DNA of 63,333 nucleotides, filler included, from Octopus bimaculoides (Eukaryota): assembly GCF_001194135.2 (NCBI RefSeq). It is 4 parts of 4 records of this genome, joined end to end, with 100 filler letters (N's around TTAATTAATTAA, not from the genome) between each part and the next. Parts side by side here need not be neighbours in the genome. Positions count along the whole stretch, not along the records: positions 52,429 to 63,333 come from NW_026323997.1; 3 more parts are not named here. The stretch is one strand, 5' to 3'. Positions 52,518 through 63,333 of this stretch are shown here, one piece after another. The notes under the pieces are model-generated. The model made no database searches. It was not told the DNA's origin and was given only the letters and a program-made list of their open reading frames with translations. The stretch's first letter is position 1; every line of letters begins with the position of its first letter. The position numbers were made by a program, and so were the translations under genes.

Positions 52518-53400
52518 AATATACCCTGGGGTAGATTTGTTTGACTAAACCCCCTCCAGGCAGTGCCCCAGCATGGCCGTAGTCCAATGATTGAAACAAA
52601 AAAAGAAAGAAAAGAGAAAGAGAAACCCTACAAGCTAAATGTAACACCAAAGTTTAAGTTTGGAAAACTACATCAAATATTTTCATTAGTAATGTACGAT
52701 AAATCACCGTAAATTTATAAGAAAGCTGAGACGTCCTCAAATGGAACACTAACATAATACAATGACCGTATTTGTAGCAAAGTTCAAAATAGATAAACCA
52801 GATCCAAGACCTTTGGAACTGAAGTCTTTTATCTTTTATTTGTATTTGAAAGTCAACTGAAGTGAAGAGAAAGAAATTGAGATTATCAAATTTGTTAACA
52901 ACACTTTACCAAACGTGTGGCTCTGTATCTGTGTTTGTCCACCCACAACTGACTGGCATCTGGTGTTGCTGTGTTTAGGCCCCTATAGCTTAGTGGTTCG
53001 GCAAAAGAGACTAACAGAATAAGTACCATGTGTGTGTGTGTGTGTGTGTGCGTGTGTGTGTGTGTGTGTCTTTGTGTCTGTGTTTGTCCCTGCCAATTGA
53101 TTGACAAACATTGTATCATTTAACATTCATTTTCTATGCTGGCATGGGTTGGACAGACTGAATGTGTGTGTGTGTGTGTGTATGTGCATGTGTGTGTTTG
53201 TGTTTGTCCCCCACTACTGCTTGACAGTCGATGTTGGTTTGTTTCCATCCCCATAAACTAGTAGTTCAAGGGATGCCTGAATAAGTACTGGACTTAAAAA
53301 ATGTACTGGGGTCAATTTGTTCTCCTTAACTCCTGAAGGTGGTGCCCCAGCATGGCCACAATCCAATGACTGAAACAAATACAACAAGTAAAAGATAAAA
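52518..53400 (+). mobile_element. Cluster of three SINE A body/tail fragments (52518-52610, 52910-53030, 53185-53400)
   Basis: Homology to the family A body. Confidence 0.8.
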
Positions 53401-53454
53401 CATGAAGCTAATCATGAAAGAAACTCAGAACTGAGTATCAATACTCGGTCTGAG

Positions 53455-53692
53455 TACGGTAATCCCTTGCCATATCACGGTTCGCTTATCGCGGTCCGCT
53501 TATCGCGGTTTATTATTTAAGCTTACATCGGTTCCTCCGTGGTGTTGTTTTGCATTTATAATAAAATAAATATATACAAATTATAAAAATAATTACAAAA
53601 AAATATACAGTACAGTACTGTTTCTACTTCGCGGATTTTCACCTATCGCTGGGGTTTTGGGAACGTAACACCTGCGACAGGTAATTATAGTA
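53455..53692. mobile_element. Tigger-like MITE
   Basis: TACGGTAATCCCTTGCCATATCACGG left end, repeated CTTATCGCGG motifs and a degenerate right end CCTGCGACAGGTAATTATAGTA. Confidence 0.7.
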
Positions 53693-53762
53693 ATTAGAGA
53701 AATCCTCAAGCAAATTTCATTTCCATTCAAAACTCATCATCATCATCATCATCACTATTTAA

Positions 53763-54011
53763 TCTTTTCTACTCTTGCCCCACTCCCCCAAAATTTTGGG
53801 GGAGTGGGGCAGTCGATTAGATCGACCCCAGTATGCAGTTGGTACTTAATTTATCGACCCCAAAAGGATAAAAGGCAAAGTCGACCTCGGCGGAATTTGA
53901 ACTCAGAACGTAAAGACGGACGACATACCGGAATTTGAACTCAGAACGGAACGGCAGACGAAATATCGCTAAGCATTTCGCCCGGCGTGCTAACGTTTCT
54001 GCCAGGTCGCC
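53763..54011 (-). mobile_element. SINE family B with duplicated B-box segment and a 36-bp perfect palindrome
   Basis: CGGAATTTGAACTCAGAACG occurs twice; palindrome at 53776-53811. Confidence 0.92.
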
Positions 54012-54019
54012 AAAAGATA

Positions 54020-54100
54020 CATATTCCCTACAGCAGACCCCAAAGTGGTACCCCTTTAGATGTGCCGCCCCCACCGTGCTCCCACCCCAGCTACGCTAGT
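54020..54100 (-). mobile_element. Terminal fragment of the CACTAGCGTAGC hAT-like family
   Basis: Reverse complement TACTAGCGTAGCTGGGGTGGG matches 57938-57960. Confidence 0.75.
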
Positions 54101-55253
54101 ATCTATTGTCAATTTGTTCGCCTAAACTTTTCAAGGCGTTGCTCCAGCATGGCCGCAGTTCAATGCCTGAAACTAGTATAAGAAAGATTATAAAGAGGAC
54201 ATGGATAAACGACTACTAAAAACGGTGATGTTTATGATTTCCTGACATCGTGGTTTAGAGAGTGATATTTTCGGCAAAGTGTCAACAACTGTGACATAAT
54301 TTGGCAGATGACAGAAAATGTGACCGAAGCTGACATTGTCTTGAAAATGTTAAGTTCATTCCAGTAAATGACCTGAACGGAAACAAACTCTCTCTCTCTC
54401 TCTCTCCTTCTCTCTTTATATACATATATAATATAATATATATATATATATATACACACACATACAAACACAGACATACATACAGATAGATAGACACATT
54501 GATGGATGACTGGCTGGCTGGCTGGATGGATAGCTAGATAGATTGGTACGTGCGCGCACACACACATGTATATATGTACATATATAAAAGCGACCTCTGG
54601 AGATGATGTAGTAGTTAATTTTGTTACATTGCCCTTTCAAATAAATCTTTTTTATCACCAACAATGTTATTATCGGTAAACTAAACACTATTTCGGCAAG
54701 AACGTCGTACTCTGACAATCGTTCGTCCTTTTTACTCTGGACTTTGATTCGTTATTGACAAATTTTTTACTATCTCCAGTTGCATCTTCATTAAATGTAA
54801 TTTCCACTTTACCCCACTCCGTTTTTGGTAGTTTTATCATATCAAACAAACTGTTACTGCTTACCAGAGAAAATTAACTAGACATGTTGCCTTTTAATAC
54901 GTTTTACAAGACTGTTATTCTGGTATTCGCTTCCTTATTTATTATTAATGTTGCTGGTAAGTTTTACTTTTTATTTCGCATCTTCGAAGAATTATTTTAA
55001 TTACGGAGGTTCAAACTTGCTTCCAAGACACTGCTTTGACTATCGAAGGATTTTCGTATATTCACATGTGGTGTGTGTGTGTTTGTTGATGGATAAACTA
55101 AGAATGAGAGCATCAAACGTTTCTCACTGTTTTATATTCTTCTTGTATATATATATCGTTCGGTTCTGCCATTCATAAAATATTTATATATAATATATAT
55201 TTCTATATTCTTTTCTGCAGTTTACGCTTCAGACATACATGTATATACATACA

Positions 55254-55291
<38 letters not shown>

Positions 55292-55519
55292 TACACACAC
55301 ACATTTACATACATCTATAGTCATATATACGCACATACACGTTCGCATATACATTAAATTACATTCACATGCATACATATACATATATACACATACATTT
55401 ACATATGTGCATGCGCGCGCGCACACACACACAAACATAAAACAAAAGACCCCACCCCCATTTCTTCATTCAAATGCCACGTGTCTGTAGGTACCAGCAG
55501 CTGTCTTTGATTGTTATTG

Positions 55520-55670
55520 CACCATCGTTACCAGACCAGACAAAATGCTTGGCAGCATTTCTTTCGACTCTGTACGTTTCGCTTTCGAAGGTCGATAAAA
55601 TAAGTACCAGTTATACACTGAGGTCGAAGATATCGACATACCCCCTTCCTCGCAAATTACTAGCCTAAGG
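55520..55670 (+). mobile_element. SINE family B, deleted and diverged
   Basis: CTTTCGAAGGTCGATAAAATAAGTACCAGTT...GAGGTCGA. Confidence 0.72.
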
Positions 55671-55684
55671 AAGTATGGACATAT

Positions 55685-55715
<31 letters not shown>

Positions 55716-55717
<2 letters not shown>

Positions 55718-56058
55718 GGGCAGGTGTAGCTGTGTAGTAAGAAGTTTGCTTCCCAACCACATGGTTCCAGGTTCAATTCCAGTGTTGGGCAAGTGTCCTC
55801 TGCTATAGCCTCGGGCCGACTAAAGCTTTGTGAATGGATTTGGTTGATGGAAATTGAAAGAAGCCCATTATGTGTGTGTGTGTATGTGTGTGTTGTATGG
55901 GGGTGCGTCGGTAACTTAGCGGTTCGGCAGAAGGAACCGATACAATAAGTTCCAGGATTAAAAAAAACAAAATAAGTCCTGGCGTAGACTTGTTCGACTA
56001 AAATTCTTTAAGGCAGTACTCCAGCATGGCCGCAGCCTAATGACTGAAACAAGAAAAA

Positions 56059-56060
<2 letters not shown>
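55716..56060 (+). mobile_element. SINE family A, near full length, diverged
   Basis: Head, TG tract, body and tail. Confidence 0.88.
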
Positions 56061-56100
<40 letters not shown>

Positions 56101-56699
56101 TAGTATATTGCCACTTAAGTGTGGCTGACCCCTAGGGGTGGATGTTACTGTTGCTTTTAGCCCCAGGAGGACATCTCCTCCAGCTGGCTTATCGACACAC
56201 GACTGTGTCCTGTTTGCCAAGGGANNNNNNNNNNNNNNNNNNNNNNNNNNNNNNNNNNNNNNNNNNNNNNNNNNNNNNNNNNNNNNNNNNNNNNNNNNNN
56301 NNNNNNNNNNNNNNNNNNNNNNNNNNNNNNNNNNNNNNNNNNNNNNNNNNNNNNNNNNNNNNNNNNNNNNNNNNNNNNNNNNNNNNNNNNNNNNNNNNNN
56401 NNNNNNNNNNNNNNNNNNNNNNNNNNNNNNNNNNNNNNNNNNNNNNNNNNNNNNNNNNNNNNNNNNNNATATATACACACACACACGTTCTACAGCGTTG
56501 ATTAGAAAATTAAACCTATTTTAATTATAATGCGTTTGTAAATTTTGCATTCAGCCATTACGATTTCAAATTTTTAGTTCATTTCGATTTCGTTTTAACT
56601 TCGTTGTCTGGCTGGGGGCTTTAATTACGGTCCCACCCACTTTTTACTCTAAGACAGTCGCTTGCTCTCTATATAAATTCGTGTGTGCATGTGCGTGTG

Positions 56700-56885
56700 T
56701 ACACTTGTTTCAGTCATTGAACTGCGGCCACGCTGGGGCACCGACTTGATGTGCTTGGTCGAAACAAGTCTATCCCGATACTTATATTTTAGTCTGGTAC
56801 TTAAATGTATCGACCTCTTTGGCAAAAGATACCTTTACGAGGACGTGAACAAACCAGCACCGGTTGTCATCCGATGCTGGACACA
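56700..56885 (-). mobile_element. SINE family A body and tail
   Basis: CTTGTTTCAGTCATTGAACTGCGGCCACGCTGGGGCACCG...CACCGGTTGTCA. Confidence 0.82.
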
Positions 56886-57226
56886 CACACACACACACAC
56901 ACACATCACATGCATACATGTGTGTGTATAATAACATTTATATATGTGTGTGTGTATATGTATGTATCTGTATATTATGTGTGTTTATATACATTTGTGT
57001 GTGTGTGTTGTTCCGTGGAGGTAGAATGGTGATCTTATAAGCTGTGATTAATTGCTGAAAGGCTTACGTGAAATAATTTATTTCCTCCAAATCTTAACTG
57101 TCACATCACCTTTTTTTTGCAGAAAACCTAAGTTTTTGAAACGATTCCAACATTTCTTCGCTGAATTAGCATCACCATCATCATCATCATCATCACGGCA
57201 GTGTGTGTGAGTGTGCGCGCTGTATG

Positions 57227-57302
<76 letters not shown>

Positions 57303-57326
57303 AGACAGACAGACAGACAGACAGAC

Positions 57327-57359
<33 letters not shown>

Positions 57360-57689
57360 TGACGTTTTACACGCAACAGATGACATGCTATCATGGGTCC
57401 AAATGGAAAGAGCAGACGATATATCACGTGACCAACAATGTCGCTCCGTTTTGTTCAGTCACAGGTCAGTCCCGATTGAACAGACTTATATGATTAATGA
57501 ATTATACACTTTTAGAACTAAGCCTAGAACTACATTATCTAATGTGTCCTTTCTTTTGCCTTTTTTTTTTCAACACAATAGGATGTGATAGAAGGGAGAT
57601 TTGGCTGCTATTTCTAGCAGATCCATCGACTATGTAAAGACTCTAATGTGAATGACTAAACATTTTCATGGTGTTGTTGCTACATGTAT

Positions 57690-57903
57690 ACTTTCCAGTT
57701 TTATCTTTGTCGGTCATTGGAATGTGGCCATGCTGGGGCACCGCCTTCAAGGGACTTAATGAACAAATCAAACGCAGTACTTTTTTTGTTTGTTTTTAAA
57801 GTCCGGTACTTATTTCATCGTTTTCCTTTGTCGTACTGCTAATTGCGACGTAATTAAACCAACACCGGTTGTCAAGCAGTGGCGGAACAGACACGAACAC
57901 AAA

Positions 57904-57943
<40 letters not shown>

Positions 57944-58950
57944 CGTAGCTGGGGTGGGGGACGGTCCGCCCCGGGCGGCACTTTTGAGTCTTCTTTAGGC
58001 AATGTGTTTTTTGTAGGGTCCGGGTCCACCCCGGGCGCGAAATTTTTTCCCCACGAGAATTCCGGACCCCAGTAATGAACTCATTTGCATACAGCCAATC
58101 AGAGCTCACCTTGAAGATCCACATACTGTGTACTACAACAGTTACAGCCAGTCAGGCATAGAATGGTGTATGTCACTCTGTGAATATAACATAGCAGGTC
58201 TCACATAAGTACCACATTCTCCGCCCCCTCCACCATCATCATAGATCGATGGAGTACCATCTCTATATGGAGCTAGCATTAGGTACCTGTGCTCAGACTG
58301 AGATTAGTGATACTGCATTGATATATGCAAGGAAGACGCAATACGACACAACGCCGTATTGATTACGATGTTCCCAGATTAACATCAATATTTTAAATTA
58401 GGAATGTACAAGATCAGTCAAAAAATTAGGAAACTAAACTCATTTGCATTTTCTAGTAAATTACGCAAATTAGCAACACTTATTGATGAGCAGCTCTCCA
58501 TTCACTTTATACACTAAATTTCACATTTGTCACCCCTTATTAACCCGTTTAGAACCGTTAGATTTTGCTATCACGCACATTTTGCACTGAACTCAACCAG
58601 AGCATTTTCGTGACTAGGTGGACACTAGTTTCATAGTTGAGCTCTGATTGACTGTATGCAAATGAGTTTATAACTGGAGTCCGGAACTCTCGTGGGAAAA
58701 AAAATATTTCGCGCTCCGGGCGGCACACACTCTAGTTACGCTAGTGCAGACACACACACACATATGTATATGTATGTATGCATGTATGTGTAACAACGGG
58801 CTTCTTTTAGTTTCCGTCTACGAAATCCACTCACAAGGGCTTTAGTTAGGTCTGGGGCTATAAGACAAGACTCTTGCCGAAGGTGCGGCGCAGTGGGACT
58901 GAACCCAAAACCATGTGGTTGGGACGCAAACTTCTTACCACACAGCCATT
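57690..58950 (-). mobile_element. SINE family A split at its internal microsatellite by a hAT-like MITE
   Basis: Body 57690-57900 and head 58790-58950 are on the same strand. Confidence 0.85.
57938..58746. mobile_element. hAT-like non-autonomous DNA transposon, about 810 bp
   Basis: Terminal CACTAGCGTA...TACGCTAGTG, a roughly 75-bp subterminal inverted match and a 7/8 flanking duplication CACACACA/CAGACACA. The TSD evidence is weak because it lies in a CA repeat. Confidence 0.85.
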
Positions 58951-59175
58951 ATTGGGAAAGTGTTGCCATATTTGGCCGTGACATGTTATTATAGCTCCAT
59001 GGATGTATTAATTTTATATATGTGCGGAATGTTCGTATGTGTATCGTTCGGAAACCGAAAATGACGGTGTTGATATGAAAGGGGAGGGGGAGATGGAGTG
59101 TGAAGTTAGAGGAAGTGAGGCTAACATAGCTACAGAGTGTAGGATAGGGTGATGACTGATGACAGAACATATGGG

Positions 59176-59212
<37 letters not shown>

Positions 59213-59407
59213 AGCGACGAAGTGGGGGAAAGCAGGAGAAGAAGAAACGATAACAGATTGACGCTGCTTACTTGAATGTTTTCCTGCATCAACAAGTCGA
59301 TGTTGAGAGAAAGAGAGAGATCGACAAACACAATGAAGCGGCGATTAGAGAGGGAAAGAATGAGAGACAGGCAGACAGACAGACAGATAGGTAGACAGAG
59401 AGGTAGG

Positions 59408-59442
<35 letters not shown>

Positions 59443-59654
59443 GTAGGTAGGTAGGTAGGTAGGNNNNNNNNNNNNNNNNNNNNNNNNNNNNNNNNNNNNN
59501 NNNNNNNNNNNNNNNNNNNNNNNNNNNNNNNNNNNNNNNNNNNNNNNNNNNNNNNNNNNNNNNNNNNNNNNNNNNNNNNNNNNNNNNNNNNNNNNNNNNN
59601 NNNNNNNNNNNNNNNNNNNNNNNNNNNNNNNNNNNNNNNNNNNNNNNNNNNNNN

Positions 59655-59706
<52 letters not shown>

Positions 59707-62139
59707 CAGAGAGACAGAGAGACAGATAGACAGATCGGAAGAGCGTGTCTAATTATTGCTTCTGTGCTGAGAAATGAAAGAGTGGTGCAGAAGAGTACTA
59801 TTGATAGATTAACCGAAGTTTTCTACTCGTTAACTGTCAGGGCTTCCAGAATGTGAGCAATGATCTGTGATAATAAGATATTTGGGTTTGGTAAGGAGAT
59901 GGAAGAACAAAAGTCTGTATGATGCTCCCGATGCAAAATATTTACCGGTAGCAAAAATGTTGTCGTTGTGACGAATGAAAGCAAAAAAAGATATTCACAC
60001 TAAATGAAGCAACGCAACAGTTCGTATGAAATGGTGAAATGTATATTAGCGATGACAGTAACCATGAGTTGTGTAGATTCTTACAGTATACTGGTTTAAG
60101 CTGTGTCACGACTACTGTCAGTTACTAGATAAACGATCTATATATAGTGTATCAATGAAAAGGCGTCAAAGTCAAAATTGTTAATGACATTTCTGTTTGT
60201 ACAAGAGACTTTAGAGGTCAGTTGTTTGCTGATGTCATCAATCTTTGACAATCCAGTTTTTTCGGGCTCGATTCCTAGGTAGTGAGTTAGTGTTTGAGAC
60301 TGCCTAATATACCTGCTACAGATCTATTGCAATGTAAACTTGGTTATGGTCTGTAACCTTCTGATGCTGAAAAGCTTTTGTTGAGGTCGACAGTTAATAG
60401 GGAATCCTGCATCCCTTTTCTAGCCCTTAACATAATAGAGCTATCACACATATTAAACAGTAAACAAGCAAGCACGCAGCTTTGTCTGGCTTCTGTTTTT
60501 ACACCAAAGGGCTCAAATTTCTACCTTTCAACAACCCAAGTCGTCACCTTGTGTGAATCTGGCAAAGGAAATTAACTTATGTGGGTGGTTAATAAATTCT
60601 CTGAAAACGGTTCATAGAAGTCTTCTGTTTGTTGTATAAAAATCTTTTTTGATAGAATCACAAATGCACACATAGACATTTGCATGTATGCATGCGTATG
60701 TAATGACTGCATCTCGATTTCAAGCAATGCCATCGTTTGATTGATCTCTTAAAGCAGCATGGATGTGGGTTTTCTATCCTATTATGGACCCTCACGCTTT
60801 TGCACGGGTGTGGCAGCGATGGACTCCACTTATGGCAGACGTTTAGAGACTTTCCACTCACGCTGACACAGGCCTTCATTCCTTCGTGGGATTTTTCTTT
60901 TGAGTTTTTTGCCTTCTTTCGGCCATAGTCAGCCATAGTATGCAACACAGAATAGAATTATCAAAAAAGCATGCAATGCTTGTGTATGAAGCTATTTAAG
61001 CGAGGAAATGCTTTGCACGGGGGCCAATTCCACTTTCTAAACAACATATGTGCTTTCCCTAAAAGAACTGGTCTACATCATTGGATGCAAACGAAGTCGC
61101 AAGTGTTACATCAGAATTCCCTTCTCCTACAGGGATGTCTAAAGAAAGGTTCTCTCACTTCCAGCGATTGGATGGTCATTGGTTCTATTGATTTCAGACT
61201 CTCTCTTTGACAGGTTTTGCTTTTCGTCATACCAGCTGTCCACTGAAAACTATCTTCATGCGCGCATACATAGATACGTACGTAATACATACATACATAC
61301 ACTCATAAAGACAGAAGTAAATTGACTTTACTTCTCAGATAATTAATATTCATGTTTGGAGCAATTTGAATTTGAGTAATCATTTAATTACTTAAAACTA
61401 AGAATTCACTAAAATATCGTTTTATTTTCCCTTTAGCTTTAATTCCACTTTCAATCAGAGGATCATAGAAATTAAATCATTGCCGGCGATTAACCTAGAT
61501 TTTTAATTTTTTAATCAAAAATGTTAAAATGTTTAACGAACATATCTCCCCGGCCTGCAACGAGTCTCAAACATTCTATATATATTTATTTCGACTGACA
61601 TAAGACAGTCGCAATTTTATTTCAAATATGTTTGTTTTTGTAAATGTCCCTGACATACATACATATTCTTTGTGACAATGTTTTATTACTTTCTTTCTCT
61701 TGCAACATTATATGGTCGTCTTTCGTTTCCATTTGGTTATGTGAGACATTCTTAACTCTAATATTCACTGGTTCAAAAGATTAGGTTGTAGGGGGCTTAA
61801 AGCTAAATATATTCGTGACAACTAACCCATGAACGAAAAATATTTTACCGCGTTTACTAAAAATGCAAGTTGTGCGACACGAAGGATAACACTAAAGAGA
61901 CACTACATACTACCACTTGACCTAATTGGAAATGATGGTTATAAAACGTGTGACGAACAGACATTTTATAGATGTCATTTAATTTTGTTGCTATACATTA
62001 AAGAAATTCAATAAAATTGATATATTAGAAACGATAAAAAAAATATAGTGCTGGGTCATACCTATTCAGTGTGTCCACTCCCAGACTTTGTTCCTTCATA
62101 ACTTTAATAGGTATTTTTAAATGAAATCTTCTGGAAATA

Positions 62140-62362
62140 CCTTTCAGATGGTATAAATTACGATTATATCGGAATTTAATACAAGATATAAACACACGAT
62201 GGCTGCGCACAAATCCTGACACATAACACAATTTTTACAGAATTTCAAATAACATTTTAAAGATATGTGATGTGCATAAGAATCTATGTGTGCATCGACC
62301 AATTTCTTTTTCTCTTTTTTTATATTAAATTCCGATACAATCGCATTCTACACCGTCTGAAA
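62140..62362. repeat. Degenerate inverted repeat (41-bp arms), probable old MITE core
   Basis: 62140-62181 is about 85% identical to the reverse complement of 62322-62362. Confidence 0.65.
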
Positions 62363-63110
62363 GTGCTTCTTTGGCGTGTGATCTAAAGGGGAGATTACTT
62401 TAGTTTACTTTTTAAACTATTTTGTACATACTTAGCATTGTAAATGTATTTTTCAAAATTCTTACTATTTTAATAAAAACAGAAGATACTGTCACTCACA
62501 TTTTTTCCTTAAGCCTCAGCCTCTTTGATTAAACGAATCTGTAACTTAAGGCATCATCTAAATTCTATACAAACTCCAAACGTTCAGACAATTTTTCACA
62601 GTCGCAAAGAGTTTCTCTTCCCACCTATCTTTTTTTTTCTATTTTGAGAACCCAATTTTGACTTAAGGTTGAAATATTTCTTAAAAATCCAGATTGCTTC
62701 CTCTGCTAGTTTTCTAGTGCAGCATTGTCTCGTTTATAGTTTTTTCATATTTTATTTTGTTGAGTTATCTATTTAAAGAATTCGAGTAATATCCTCCAGA
62801 ATATTCTGTAATAAACAACAAGAACAACAATACTAACGGTTCCAACAGCTCTGTCGCGTGACTTTTAGAGGCCCCACCCTTGCGACTTTTCGTTTCGAGA
62901 CCCCTATCCCTTCAATTAAAATTCATAATCTACGTACCTTTTATTCGTAACTATATTTTACTTTATTTCGTTTTGGGATTTGGTTTGCAAGATTCTTTAT
63001 GTGAGTTCGTGTGTTGAAGCATATTCTGTTGTGTCTGGGGAGAGTCATTCTCTTTTAGTGCCTTATAATTTTCAACTATTGAAAAGGTTGCAAGACGCAA
63101 CGAAAATTTA

Positions 63111-63284
63111 AGAAAAATAAAAAAAAGATTTCCACTAGGGTGTTAGTGTTAGGGTTACGGTTAAGGTCTTAGGGTTAGGGTTAGTAAATTCCGTCCCTAA
63201 CCCTAACCCTAAACCCTAACACCCTAACCCTGACCCTAAAACCCTAACCCTAACACCCTAGTGGAAATCTTTTTTTATTTTTCT
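63111..63284. mobile_element. Foldback element with TTAGGG-like left arm and CCCTAA-like right arm
   Basis: Outer roughly 35 bp are inverted (AGAAAAATAAAAAAAAGATTTCCACTAGGGTGTTAG) except for one base in the A run; degenerate telomere-type repeats inside. Confidence 0.85.
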
Positions 63285-63333
63285 GCCTAGAGGAGTTTTG
63301 AGAAAATTCTTAGCTGCTGCTGCCATGAAATAT

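Noticed and set aside
59732-59746. AGATCGGAAGAGCGT
   Set aside because: 15-nt match to the start of the Illumina adapter, near a gap and in a GA repeat. It is probable adapter remnant or chance, not a genomic motif.
60658-61302. Several 60-96 aa ORFs in a unique block
   Set aside because: They overlap on both strands, have no domain motifs or convincing splice pairs, and are compatible with UTR or non-coding DNA.

Overview
AT-rich, microsatellite-saturated, gap-ridden animal genomic DNA. From recall of its repeat families it is most likely an octopus (coleoid cephalopod) scaffold; this is not verified. No gene could be identified with confidence, and almost all ORFs in the supplied track are microsatellite or N-gap artefacts. 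The window is a transposon graveyard. It holds more than 30 tRNA-derived SINE copies from about three or four modular families, and decayed coding fragments of a Penelope-like RT, two R4/Dong-like and one HERO-like RLE retrotransposon, a mariner transposase and a Helitron RepHel. It also holds several MITEs and HINE-type elements. The most unusual items are: (1) a 12-unit array of a roughly 100-bp dispersed element chained through (TATG)n tracts at 43.5-45.25 kb; (2) two foldback elements with inverted telomere-type TTAGGG cores; (3) hammerhead-ribozyme-like motifs; (4) an unexplained, roughly 200-codon non-repetitive open frame at 21.4-22.05 kb. I see no clear-cut new biological system; the findings are leads, not discoveries.
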